Source: a virus
Taxonomy: Duplodnaviria; Caudoviricetes
Virus record (IMG/VR): IMGVR_UViG_2737471636_000001
Coordinates: 25,331 to 89,330 of that record
DNA: 64,000 nucleotides
Strand: one strand, 5' to 3'
Shown: positions 1-9,300 of the stretch, one piece after another
How the letters are laid out: the number at the start of each line of letters is the position of its first letter
How positions within the stretch are numbered: position 1 is the stretch's first letter
Translations under genes and position numbers: made by a program
Notes under the pieces: generated by a model
The model's database searches: none
Told to the model about the DNA's origin: nothing
The model's input: the letters and a program-made list of their open reading frames with translations, nothing else

Positions 1-5
1 ACATA

Positions 6-191
6 ATGAACGGTAAACAAGTTATTAAGAAACTGCAAGCGGAAGGATGGATACTCGAAAGAGTGAATGGGAGTCATCACATCCTACGCAAAGGTAATGT
101 GTCAGTTACCGTTCCCGTTCACGGAACGAAGGACCTAAAAAAAGGAACTTTTTCATCAATCATGAAAGAAACCGGAGTGAGATTGAAATGA
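6..191 (+). CDS. hicA: HicA family mRNA interferase toxin
   Basis: 61 aa, GW..RVNGSHHIL..VTVPVHG..DL..GT..SI motif. Confidence 0.9.
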   Translation: MNGKQVIKKLQAEGWILERVNGSHHILRKGNVSVTVPVHGTKDLKKGTFSSIMKETGVRLK

Positions 192-604
192 ATACGCTTT
201 TTCCTGCAATATTTACGCCTGAAGAACCATCGGGATTTTCTGTTCAATTCGTAGACATACCGGGCGCAATCACTGAAGGCGAGACCATAGAAGAATGCTT
301 GTTCAACGCTGCTGAAGCATTGAGCGGAGTTATTGAATCTTATATTAAGAATGGCCAAGAAATTCCTCGCCCATCAAAAAACGTCAAGGATGCTTATTAC
401 ATCGCGCCAGATGTGAAAATACAGTCTGCCCTGCTGATTAGGTGGGCTCGTGGTGACAAATCTCTTGCTGAGATTGCGAGAGTGCTTGAGACATCCTGGC
501 CAGCCGCGCAACGATTGGAAAACCCTAATCACTGGGCAACCCTTAAACAGCTTGATAAAGCCGCCGCAGCACTAGGCAAAAAATTGGTGCTTTCTTTGGA
601 ATAA
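188..604 (+). CDS. hicB: HicB family antitoxin
   Basis: FSVQFVDIPGAITEGETIEE..NAAEAL N-terminus plus C-terminal HTH; ATGA overlap with hicA. Confidence 0.9.
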   Translation: MNTLFPAIFTPEEPSGFSVQFVDIPGAITEGETIEECLFNAAEALSGVIESYIKNGQEIPRPSKNVKDAYYIAPDVKIQSALLIRWARGDKSLAEIARVLETSWPAAQRLENPNHWATLKQLDKAAAALGKKLVLSLE

Positions 605-630
605 ACGAAATTTATCTGTTTTTGTGTTAA

Positions 631-1083
631 CTACAACGGATTTGCGCCGCACCATCCGTTACGCTTTCCACCACTATATGGACGCGCCAATCCTTTGCTG
701 ATCATAGCCGAGCCCACGTCAACTCCATCCACAAATACCGCAGCATTTATCCTGAAGTATTTATCCCTGCGCACGTTGCGTAACTCCACGTCCTTTGCAT
801 TCAGTAACAAATGAGCTAGATACGCTCTGGAATCCATGGCGCCGCTTTTTTCCTGCGCACATTTTCCCCTCAGCTCAGGTGCGTCAATTCCGTTTATTCG
901 CACGGGTATCTTGCTGCAAAGAATGTTCGGGCAGTCACCGTCGATATTGATCGTAAAAGTATCGCCGTCATAAACCTTTATGATTGAGCCAGGCTTAATT
1001 GTTTCACCGGCATACGCCGGGTGATCGCAGCCAACAAACACGGTTAATATGAGTAAAGAAATCGCTAATTTTTCTAATTTCAT
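631..1083 (-). CDS. Thermonuclease (SNase) family protein, probably secreted
   Basis: VYDGDT, VRINGIDAPE, DKYFR, KGLARPY motifs; hydrophobic N-terminal signal. Confidence 0.9.
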   Translation of the reverse strand: MKLEKLAISLLILTVFVGCDHPAYAGETIKPGSIIKVYDGDTFTINIDGDCPNILCSKIPVRINGIDAPELRGKCAQEKSGAMDSRAYLAHLLLNAKDVELRNVRRDKYFRINAAVFVDGVDVGSAMISKGLARPYSGGKRNGWCGANPL

Positions 1084-1568
1084 GATGGCACCATTCCTAG
1101 ATTTAGTTTTTCGATCTCTGCCCTGACTTCGCTAATAGCAACCTTTAGGGCATCTCTTTTGCTGGTTAAAACCTGCTCCATCTTAGGTGCAGCCGTGCGT
1201 ATCCCTGCGGGTGGTCTTATTTTTACCGCAGCCATTAACTTTTGAAACTTGGTGCGACCGGAATCCATCGCAGCAACGATCTCGGTTATTGCCTTGACAT
1301 GATCGTCTTGGTTCTTAATTGGTAGAATCTTGCCGTTCAGCAATACCTGGTAAATATCGCCGGTTTGCTTTATCCGCAGAATCACCTTCTGAGAATCAGC
1401 AAAAGTAAGTAGCATTTCACGGAAACTGATACCTGCAGCACGCTTCGCAGTGGTTGATACATCTTGCTGAACGACATGCGCACCGGCACGTGAGAAATAT
1501 TTCGCTGCTTCTTTGGCGGCTTTATCTTTAACGCTCATATCACCAAAACTAAAAAGTATTTTATCCAC
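1080..1568 (-). CDS. P1 Hdf/DarA N-terminal domain-like protein
   Basis: KR.AGISFRE..LTFADSQ.V.LRIKQTGDIYQV.LNGK.LPIK resembles the DarA N-terminal domain. Confidence 0.7.
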   Translation of the reverse strand: MDKILFSFGDMSVKDKAAKEAAKYFSRAGAHVVQQDVSTTAKRAAGISFREMLLTFADSQKVILRIKQTGDIYQVLLNGKILPIKNQDDHVKAITEIVAAMDSGRTKFQKLMAAVKIRPPAGIRTAAPKMEQVLTSKRDALKVAISEVRAEIEKLNLGMVPS

Positions 1569-1596
1569 TTCACACTCTCCGTTTAATCATTCAGAA

Positions 1597-2109
1597 TTAA
1601 TTTGGCACGTTAGTATTTGATGAGCCGGACTCAACGTCTCCGTGGGTGTGCGTTGACCCAACATTCACATCATTGTGAGTTAACGAACTGCCAACCACGG
1701 CTGTATCGCCATTGACGATCACGTTGGCTGCATTGATCTCCACGGTCTCTGCATTCAATTTCACCATTCCATCCGCTGTTATCTCTATATTCGCATGGTG
1801 AAACCGCCTCCAATCTATGGAATTTCCCACTTGAGGATTTCGATAGCCGGTAATTATTGGATATCTGGAATCACCACCTATGAAGGCAATCCATACCGTA
1901 TCACCCGGCAATATTTCGATCTCAGTGGTATTCGCTCCGGACCTTGCTTTGTCACCAATGGGGTATTCAATTTCAGCTTCGGGAAACACGTCCGCGCCAT
2001 CAGTTACGCCGGGTATTTCTATCCGGCATGTACGTCTGTCCTGGTCGTAGGATTTAACGATTGCGGGGTAGCGTCCTGGCATCTTCCCGTAATTTATTGC
2101 TGCAGTCAT
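1597..2109 (-). CDS. Baseplate spike / gpV-like protein
   Basis: N-terminal OB-fold (GDTVWIAFIGGD.RYPII.G), beta-repeats, C-terminal HTH(G) His motif; start moved to ATG 2109. Confidence 0.8.
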   Translation of the reverse strand: MTAAINYGKMPGRYPAIVKSYDQDRRTCRIEIPGVTDGADVFPEAEIEYPIGDKARSGANTTEIEILPGDTVWIAFIGGDSRYPIITGYRNPQVGNSIDWRRFHHANIEITADGMVKLNAETVEINAANVIVNGDTAVVGSSLTHNDVNVGSTHTHGDVESGSSNTNVPN

Positions 2110-3008
2110 TAATCCTCCAAACTTCCAAGCCACAAACGGCTATTTTGATTGCTGCCGCTGCCGTCGGTGTCGTTCTCAAAAACGTGCGCGGCGGTAATGA
2201 TGCTAAGTGGCACGCCATCAATAAAATTAATCAAGTCACCGGCTACCAACTTTGCATTCAGATTGATCTTTGTAACCTTCCTCTGGACTAGGCACCGCGA
2301 CATGCTATACAGTCGCTGAACATTCTTAAATGGCGAGAATCGCACGCTACGTGGTTTTTGTTGGTTACCTATCACAAAGGCGCCGGACTCATCCAGAGAA
2401 TAGAACCAGGGGATCTCGTGACGCTCCAGAAATCCGCTATCAACGTCGTCGGATGCGTTGTTTGGCAGATCCATCACCGCTTTTTGCTTAAACAGGTCCG
2501 GTAAACGAATAAAACTTATCGCACCTTTTTTCCAGCGAACAATGCCGCCCTCTTCCTGCAATGCTCGTGTTATATGGAAACTCGGGGTATCACCAATCGG
2601 GCAATAGAATCTCGGTACAGGAAAGTCAGCGTCAATGGCTTTTATGTTGGCGCCTGCCGCTCGATAGATGCCGGATAGTGCGGAATTTTCTTTGATAATC
2701 GCTCTGCTTCGCACAAATACGATGTTGTGACAGGCATCCAGTATCGCCGTAATTTGAATGGCTGACATTTCCCGTTCACCCTGTACCATCCTGTTTATAA
2801 CTCTGTTTGACTTGATGATACGCAGTGCTTCGCCAGATTCCCCGCCAACGGTCAATATTTGACCTTCGGATAGATACTTGGTCATATCATCATCGGTCCT
2901 GATCTCTGCTTCCAATGTTACCGGTACCGGCGACATGTCTGAGCGCAGAACGGCGGATTTTATTAGGTCGCCACGAATTTGGTTGCCATTGGATAGGTAA
3001 ATAATCAT
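2109..3008 (-). CDS. Putative baseplate hub protein
   Basis: 299 aa immediately upstream of the spike gene in the tail operon; position-based call. Confidence 0.5.
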   Translation of the reverse strand: MIIYLSNGNQIRGDLIKSAVLRSDMSPVPVTLEAEIRTDDDMTKYLSEGQILTVGGESGEALRIIKSNRVINRMVQGEREMSAIQITAILDACHNIVFVRSRAIIKENSALSGIYRAAGANIKAIDADFPVPRFYCPIGDTPSFHITRALQEEGGIVRWKKGAISFIRLPDLFKQKAVMDLPNNASDDVDSGFLERHEIPWFYSLDESGAFVIGNQQKPRSVRFSPFKNVQRLYSMSRCLVQRKVTKINLNAKLVAGDLINFIDGVPLSIITAAHVFENDTDGSGSNQNSRLWLGSLED

Positions 3009-3020
3009 GGCAAGGTATCT

Positions 3021-3407
3021 TTAGACTGTAACGATAGGCTGATAGAAGGCATTCATAGGCATGTTCAACTCAAGATTAGCGATATCCTGCGCAATCTCGC
3101 TTGTCGATCGCCCAAAAACATCCAGCCCCAGTCCACGCGAAGCCTCTTGATGAATAGCTGATTCTCGCTCGATGTAGAGAACAAAAAGCGGTTTTATTAC
3201 AGACCACTCGGAATTGCTTAATTCGGTAGCTTCGGAAACAGCTGGTAATGACGGCTCCACTCCATCATTGGCAATGAGCTCTGCAAAACCGGCATAATAT
3301 TTAACCGCCACCACCGCCTGAGCAAGCACGGTGGCAGGGTCAAGCACTACGCTGACTGGCCGTTCAACGGTAAGATAGTTATCGACCAATGAAGCAATAG
3401 TGTCCAT
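3021..3407 (-). CDS. Phage structural/neck protein, hypothetical
   Basis: 128 aa, tightly packed in the late operon. Confidence 0.55.
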   Translation of the reverse strand: MDTIASLVDNYLTVERPVSVVLDPATVLAQAVVAVKYYAGFAELIANDGVEPSLPAVSEATELSNSEWSVIKPLFVLYIERESAIHQEASRGLGLDVFGRSTSEIAQDIANLELNMPMNAFYQPIVTV

Positions 3408-3409
3408 CG

Positions 3410-3769
3410 TTAAGCGTTTGGTTCCATAATCAGGTAAGCAACGTCGCTGGTATCAGTTCCGCTACTGGAAGTGATGGTGAAGCTGGTGCCAGCTACACGC
3501 GCTGAAACACGAAGGAAGCCGGGCGTTCCGCCACCTACCTGAGAGGTCAGAAAGATTCGGCTATTGGCGGTTACTTTATCGTTGGCCACTACCGCAGAGC
3601 CACCAACAAGCGTTACCACACCCATAGGCTGATCCGCGCCATCATCCAACTTTGGCGTGGCTTTATTAACGTAATTCTTGTCAACATCGGCTGCTGATAT
3701 TACTTGATTCTCGGTGGCTCCCGGTGGGGTTGCTGCAGGAGCCCCTAGAAATGATGGTGCTATACTCAT
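3410..3769 (-). CDS. Hypothetical virion protein (beta-rich C-terminus)
   Basis: 119 aa, RBS AGAGGT, VTANSRIFLT...AGTSFTI motif typical of phage fibre/decoration domains. Confidence 0.55.
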   Translation of the reverse strand: MSIAPSFLGAPAATPPGATENQVISAADVDKNYVNKATPKLDDGADQPMGVVTLVGGSAVVANDKVTANSRIFLTSQVGGGTPGFLRVSARVAGTSFTITSSSGTDTSDVAYLIMEPNA

Positions 3770-3807
3770 TCTTGATACCTCTTTGGTTGGTTAAAAAACT
3801 ATTACTA

Positions 3808-4308
3808 TCAGGTGTAATCCAGTGAGTTACCTGGGATAATTTCACCGAAATAATGAAAAAATAACGTTCCGGTAAAAATCATGATCTGCGATCTGTTCTC
3901 CCAGTCACGATCAGGATTATCGATTTGCACAAAACAGTCGATGTAACGCTTGGCACGTAGGAATTTTTGCGGGGTACCTTCATAAACCGTGGCATTGAAT
4001 CTGCCGCCACCGGTTAGCAAATTAACCAACATATTATCGACAGAACCGGCGATCGTTTCCTCAAACGCAATCTGTCCTTGCATGTATGTTTTAGCCTGTT
4101 GCGGCTGATATGAGGCCATTCCCAATGGACCGGGCACCTCAATTTCACCGGCTGGCGAGACGATTGCCCACGGTACCTGCTTTGCCAGCAAATAGTTTTG
4201 CTCAAAACCATCGACTTCAAACGTAAAATCGCTTGAAATGATCTTCGCGCCCATCGCTTTTGATGCTTCATGGAATTGCTTTAGATAAGCTGAATTTGAG
4301 ACGGCCAT
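3808..4308 (-). CDS. Tail tube-like protein (P1-family)
   Basis: 166 aa with tube-like size and pattern; first gene after a late-promoter motif. Confidence 0.6.
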   Translation of the reverse strand: MAVSNSAYLKQFHEASKAMGAKIISSDFTFEVDGFEQNYLLAKQVPWAIVSPAGEIEVPGPLGMASYQPQQAKTYMQGQIAFEETIAGSVDNMLVNLLTGGGRFNATVYEGTPQKFLRAKRYIDCFVQIDNPDRDWENRSQIMIFTGTLFFHYFGEIIPGNSLDYT

Positions 4309-4349
4309 GTGTTTATCCTTATTGGGTCAGTGTCGGTAGCAGATATCGA

Positions 4350-4391
4350 ACTGTATTTCAATCAGGAAAACAAAAACCCGGAGGTTTTCCG
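4350..4391 (-). promoter_or_regulatory. Putative late promoter (CGGAAAA...TACAGT)
   Basis: Motif shared by five late-gene starts with 35-36 nt register. Confidence 0.55.
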
Positions 4392-4426
4392 GGTTAGTTG
4401 GATTTTTTCTAAAAATTTAGAATCGA

Positions 4427-4954
4427 TTAAGGCGCGTCGTATACCTTTGTACACACTGACGCGGATGATAAACCACCCTTGCGAACACCTTCATAGACAT
4501 ACTGAGCCCGGAACTTCCACATGTTGTCTAAAAGAAGGATGTCGGCCAGAAATTTATCCACCTCTTCCCGTATTTGCTCATGCGAAGCGTTTCTGATTAT
4601 TTTATCTTCTGGTTTGGTGTGATAGATAACGCCCTCACCCGGTCTTGATGGTGGCTGAATAATATCCACCTCGATATGCATCATTTCGTAGCGAAGCAAC
4701 TCATAACAAGGATCATGCCAGCCCATAGCACCCGGCATAAAATCCTTGGTGTCAATCGTAGGCCCACTCGGACCATCGGATGAGTACCCTGGGGTTAAGT
4801 AGAACATGCCGTCGCGCGTCAGATTGATATTGTGCAGGTTTATTTCTCTGTGAGGACGTAGATTGCACATCGCCCAAAACGACTCTACTGAGCGGTATTT
4901 CTGCCCCTCAATGTAGCGTAATTTACTTGCTCTTGGGATTAGCTGCTGCGACAT
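4427..4954 (-). CDS. DUF1353-like phage protein
   Basis: GYSSDGPS...HD..Y...D..L...Y.GVR.GG pattern; start moved to ATG 4954. Confidence 0.6.
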   Translation of the reverse strand: MSQQLIPRASKLRYIEGQKYRSVESFWAMCNLRPHREINLHNINLTRDGMFYLTPGYSSDGPSGPTIDTKDFMPGAMGWHDPCYELLRYEMMHIEVDIIQPPSRPGEGVIYHTKPEDKIIRNASHEQIREEVDKFLADILLLDNMWKFRAQYVYEGVRKGGLSSASVCTKVYDAP

Positions 4955-5270
4955 TTCCGCTCTCCTTTTTATCTGCAGTCTGAGGCACCAGATAACCAAT
5001 TCCAGCGCCAGCTAAAAAAATATTAAATCCGGTTAAAGTATCCAGGTAAGACATGCCACCGGCACCAGCCCATAACATGAATAAGGTGGAAAAAGCCTTG
5101 ACCACGGCCTTCGGATCGCCGAACAGATACGAACCAAGGGATGACTTGGAGTCACCGTTCGCCCACTTATTCACGTAGGCAAACAACATTCCCAGTATGC
5201 TTGCAAACGCAAACATGCAAAGCCTGATAGCCTCATCCTTCTCGATTAGCAGATTAATTATTTCTGTCAC
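4923..5270 (-). CDS. Putative holin
   Basis: 115 aa, three hydrophobic segments, basic C-terminus, near the endolysin. Confidence 0.5.
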   Translation of the reverse strand: MTEIINLLIEKDEAIRLCMFAFASILGMLFAYVNKWANGDSKSSLGSYLFGDPKAVVKAFSTLFMLWAGAGGMSYLDTLTGFNIFLAGAGIGYLVPQTADKKESGNVAAANPKSK

Positions 5271-5785
5271 AGCAAATTGCTCGCGATACCGGCCAATACT
5301 TGCCCAAGGTAAAGTGCATCTATAAACGCCTGATGCCTCTTACCCGCATCAATCAGACCATTCACCGATTGATCTATCCTATCCGCACGCGCGTGATACT
5401 CATTAAGCAATGCGCGATTTTCCTCGGTATATTCACCCCAATGCCGTGTCACCACTTGTTCTTTGACTGATCGATATTGCGCTACAACCTTATTGTAATC
5501 AGAGACAAACTCAGCAAATATCGGCTCACGGGCATCCAGATAAGTGATTGATGACTTCCATTTATCCACGAATCCAATGTATTGATTGATTGCGTGATCA
5601 ACAATCAGGTTCTCAGTAGCACTGAGCGGTGCGCTTTTGATCACTGCCGCTACCTGGCCGGACATGACCTGATCGTTCGCAACCGCGATATTCGCAAGAT
5701 CACTGGTATTTTTTAGAACCGTGCTACAGCCAGAAAGCATCATGAAACAAACAATAAAAAGTGTCGCAGATATCGTTTTATACAT
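5267..5785 (-). CDS. Lipoprotein in lysis cluster
   Basis: Signal peptide with LSGC lipobox. Confidence 0.65.
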   Translation of the reverse strand: MYKTISATLFIVCFMMLSGCSTVLKNTSDLANIAVANDQVMSGQVAAVIKSAPLSATENLIVDHAINQYIGFVDKWKSSITYLDAREPIFAEFVSDYNKVVAQYRSVKEQVVTRHWGEYTEENRALLNEYHARADRIDQSVNGLIDAGKRHQAFIDALYLGQVLAGIASNLL

Positions 5786-5814
5786 TCATTTTCCTTTGTT
5801 GTTGATAATACGAT

Positions 5815-6129
5815 CTAAATCTTGAATCCCAAGGAAGCAATCATTTTGATAAACTGATCTATACCGCCGGTAATTTTTCCGGCTATCAGCAGTAAAACCA
5901 TAAGTACGAAGTAGCCGGTCAAAGTTGCTGTGATATGCACGCCGCGAAAGAAACCGGATTTCTTTGATTTCTCTTCAAGCACCTGGTCCGCGTTTAGCTG
6001 CATCTTCAATGAAAGTTCATTCAATCGGCTTTCAAACGAAAGCGAGTTCGCATCAATACGCTTTTCCAGCGCGGAAACACGCGCATCAAGGGCTCCTATT
6101 TTCATGGTGTGGGGGCAATCATCCGACAT
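5815..6129 (-). CDS. Membrane protein with coiled coil (lysis-associated)
   Basis: N-terminal coiled coil, single C-terminal TM segment. Confidence 0.5.
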   Translation of the reverse strand: MSDDCPHTMKIGALDARVSALEKRIDANSLSFESRLNELSLKMQLNADQVLEEKSKKSGFFRGVHITATLTGYFVLMVLLLIAGKITGGIDQFIKMIASLGFKI

Positions 6130-6139
6130 GGCAATTCTC

Positions 6140-6613
6140 CTATTTGATTAATCCGATCTGTTTGTTTTTGCCGTTAATCGTAAGTGTCTGCATACGATTC
6201 TTATCGAAGTCATTTAAGAGAGAACAATGCACCCAACCTGAATTGGGGTCGCCGCCACTAATATAGTTTTCGAGAATTAATTGATCAAACGAGAGGTTTT
6301 CTGATACCCAGACTGCAAGGTCATAATTGGCTATTCCATCAATCTCAAAATCCACCGCTTGACCTGACATGTGCTGAGACATTTTGCTTCCGTGAATCGC
6401 TGCATTTAACGCAGGGCTTCTGTATCCGCTGTTTACTCTTACCGGCCTATTGAAGTGCTCTCTTACCGGCTCCAATATGTTTGTGCAAAGCAATATCAAG
6501 CTGCTTAAAACGCTTTGAGACGGGGTGTTATCTATACCGAGCTCACTAGCCCTGGTAGAGCGGATCAGTTCATTCAACGTAAAATGCGGGGTTAATTTTG
6601 TATGTATATCCAC
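6140..6613 (-). CDS. Peptidase M15A endolysin
   Basis: LTPHFTL.E, SGYRS..LN, SQH..GQAVD, WVH motifs; GTG start after AAGGAGG. Confidence 0.9.
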   Translation of the reverse strand: MDIHTKLTPHFTLNELIRSTRASELGIDNTPSQSVLSSLILLCTNILEPVREHFNRPVRVNSGYRSPALNAAIHGSKMSQHMSGQAVDFEIDGIANYDLAVWVSENLSFDQLILENYISGGDPNSGWVHCSLLNDFDKNRMQTLTINGKNKQIGLIK

Positions 6614-6618
6614 GTCTA

Positions 6619-6850
6619 TTACCTCCTTATAACGCTGGCAATTGTCTTGGCAACAACGCCACACGCGCTGATTACGCTGTTGAGTCGATTTACAATGGCG
6701 ATTTGAATCTTCATCTCCGATTCTTTCCCTTTTTTCCAGTCTTCAAAAGGCTTGCCATTAAAAAACTTGTTTACGACACTGCACGGCATGGATAATGCTT
6801 CTGCAAATGATGTGTGGGAATAAATGCTAAGACTAGATGCTTGATTCATT
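6619..6850 (-). CDS. Small tail-assembly ORF (possible frameshift extension of the upstream chaperone)
   Basis: Open frame overlapping the 3' end of 6833-7612; start uncertain. Confidence 0.4.
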
Positions 6851-7612
6851 AGATTCTCTGCCCAGGTCTTTCGCCAGTCTTGAGACGCAGGAACGAACCG
6901 GAAATCGGGCGGGTGGCAAATTGCTTGCCGCCCCTCCTTTTGGTAGCGCAACCATGCCGTCACTGGATAATTCGATCTTAAATAAATGGTGCAGACTTTC
7001 CCGGCCATTCATGTACGAGCTCATCAATGCGGCAAAAGAACTTTCGGGAAAACTCGACACGGTGCGCATGCGGTTAATTAGAAACTCATCATAATTACCT
7101 TCGCCGTCCGATGGCGCCGGTGTTTCCTCGCCTTTTCTGATCAATTGGGCAGACATGCAGCCAAGTAACCAATGCAATCGACCGGACACACTCTCAATCT
7201 CGCCATGGATCCTCTCAATTGACTCTGCCATGGCGCCGGTCAGGTCCTGCAGCAACCAATCGTCACCTTCAATTTCACCCAGTTCAATCGCCTGGTCCAG
7301 CACTTTATCGATGCTTCCATCCAGGTAATCTGAGTATCGGCCAACGCCCACAGCGAAATCAGGACCATCTTCTGAAACTGCAGCAAGGTAATGACAAACT
7401 ACCATCATTCGCTCTTGAACCGTCCAATCTGCAGGATTTTCAATTCCCTTGGCTGACTCAACAGCTTTAAGCAAAAACGCGGTAGTGACTGCTTCTTCAA
7501 GATGAGACGGCATAGCGGCGATTGCGATGGACTCACCAATGGACAACTCTTTGAGTTGCACCGTCAAACGCCGGGTACGCAGTATTGGAAAATGGATCAC
7601 CAGGATTCTCAC
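6833..7612 (-). CDS. Tail assembly chaperone-like (P1 PmgG-like) protein
   Basis: 259 aa acidic protein, WTVQER motif, follows a late-promoter motif. Confidence 0.5.
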   Translation of the reverse strand: MRILVIHFPILRTRRLTVQLKELSIGESIAIAAMPSHLEEAVTTAFLLKAVESAKGIENPADWTVQERMMVVCHYLAAVSEDGPDFAVGVGRYSDYLDGSIDKVLDQAIELGEIEGDDWLLQDLTGAMAESIERIHGEIESVSGRLHWLLGCMSAQLIRKGEETPAPSDGEGNYDEFLINRMRTVSSFPESSFAALMSSYMNGRESLHHLFKIELSSDGMVALPKGGAASNLPPARFPVRSCVSRLAKDLGRESNESSI

Positions 7613-7632
7613 CTAAAATTTCGATGAGCGAG

Positions 7633-7673
7633 ATTGTGCGGAAATTGTGACTCGGGATTTGTTACTTTTTCCG
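7633..7673 (-). promoter_or_regulatory. Putative late promoter (CGGAAAAA...CACAAT)
   Basis: Shared motif and spacing. Confidence 0.55.
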
Positions 7674-7686
7674 TATCAGGAAATTA

Positions 7687-8493
7687 TTACAGCTTGAGCG
7701 CGTTGTAATTCACCCAATCATCACGATCAAGAGCGGTTAGCGTCGCTAGAGTCATCGGCACCAGCAATTCAACGTATCTGGCTTTTGCATCAATACTAGA
7801 AGTCATCTGTTCGCTTATCGCCTCGATTACCAATGGCGAATAAATGCGGTTTTTATAGCGCAATGCGATTGTAGTTGGTGCTATCGAGGGAACCAGCGCA
7901 TCAATAAATCCGCTATTTCCCCTGGCCGCTTGCGCTGACCTGGCAAGGACTGAGCCATCAGGCGACAATTTGACCGGCAATGCCCATTCCATCAGCTTAT
8001 TGAAAGGCTCTTCCACCTCTTTGGTTGGATCATCCCACGCCCGGAATATTGCCGTTACCTGAATCTTAACTGGCGGCATGCCATTGAATACTTGAGTGGA
8101 ATTTAATTTGGTAATGCCGGTCCTGCCCTCGAATTGACGCACAAATTCATTTGATTTCTGCTGTGCAAGACCAATTGCACTGCGATCTGGGTTCTCATTC
8201 CCCAGGAAGGCATCTATGACAGGCTGCAGCGCACCGGATTGGAGCATTGCCAGCAACGTTGGAGCGCGTGACTCTGGACCGGCATGCTCAAACGGGCTTT
8301 GCCAGTTCAGTGACATTTCCATGCTGGCTTCTGTGAGGGGTGCAAATACAGATTTTGGATCGGTATCGTTTGATCTTTGCCAAACACCTTCCTTTATTTT
8401 CTTGACCTCATAAAAGCTGGCGATCAGGTGCGGTGATAACCCATCCCATTGCGATGATAGAGAGTCTGAAACTAGGCTTGGTGGCTGATTCAT
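7687..8493 (-). CDS. Hypothetical tail/baseplate protein
   Basis: 268 aa in structural operon. Confidence 0.55.
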   Translation of the reverse strand: MNQPPSLVSDSLSSQWDGLSPHLIASFYEVKKIKEGVWQRSNDTDPKSVFAPLTEASMEMSLNWQSPFEHAGPESRAPTLLAMLQSGALQPVIDAFLGNENPDRSAIGLAQQKSNEFVRQFEGRTGITKLNSTQVFNGMPPVKIQVTAIFRAWDDPTKEVEEPFNKLMEWALPVKLSPDGSVLARSAQAARGNSGFIDALVPSIAPTTIALRYKNRIYSPLVIEAISEQMTSSIDAKARYVELLVPMTLATLTALDRDDWVNYNALKL

Positions 8494-8565
8494 TTGATAA
8501 TACCCAATAAAAAAGCGCCGCCACTTGTGAATGCGGAAGCGCCATTGATTTCAACGCAAGGTTGT

Positions 8566-9276
8566 TTACTTCAATCCGGTTTTTCTGCGAATTTTCATTG
8601 ATTTTGCGCGACGCATCCTGGCAGTAGCAGAATGGCTTTTCATACGTGCCTTACGGATAGCCACTTTTTGCGCTGCACTTAAACGAACGGTTCCGGAAAC
8701 GCGCTTATTGATACGCACTTTTTTGCCTTTGCGAATAACCAGTCTTTTTTTGTATGCAGCATCCAGCGCGGGTTCCTGGTCGTCATCGCCGAATACAAAA
8801 TCGTCGATATCGGAACTGGCTTCATCTTCGCCATCTGGAAGAGATGAGGCAACCAGATCACGAACACGTTCTGCTACATCGCCATCGAAATCATTCAGCA
8901 GTGAATCAGCGTCCTCTTCCGATACTCCTTTGCTGGTCAGGTAATCCCAGGCCGCATTCAGCGCAACATCGAGGACCGCTTGCTCATCGTCAGTAATTTC
9001 ACCGTCTTTGTTTTCATCAGCAATTCCGATCATCATTGCCAGAAGGCGATCAGCGGAGCTCTCGCCATTGGCCAAGTCGTCAGTTTCTACCCATTGCTGA
9101 ACTACTGCGGCAGCGGCCATCGTAATATCGGCAATAGTAAAATCATCGGCACCGCTCAACGACTTAGCGCCATCCTCTTCGGCTGCGTCAAGCGTTTTTT
9201 TTCCTTTGGTGTTATCTGCCACTGAGTTGGAGACGATTTGTCGACGCAGTATTTCACTGGTTTTTAAATGATTCAT
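8566..9276 (-). CDS. Prohead core/scaffold-like protein
   Basis: Very acidic body with an extremely basic C-terminal 60 aa, reminiscent of myovirus prohead core proteins. Confidence 0.5.
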   Translation of the reverse strand: MNHLKTSEILRRQIVSNSVADNTKGKKTLDAAEEDGAKSLSGADDFTIADITMAAAAVVQQWVETDDLANGESSADRLLAMMIGIADENKDGEITDDEQAVLDVALNAAWDYLTSKGVSEEDADSLLNDFDGDVAERVRDLVASSLPDGEDEASSDIDDFVFGDDDQEPALDAAYKKRLVIRKGKKVRINKRVSGTVRLSAAQKVAIRKARMKSHSATARMRRAKSMKIRRKTGLK

Positions 9277-9300
9277 GATATTTCAATCCTCTTGGTTTGG

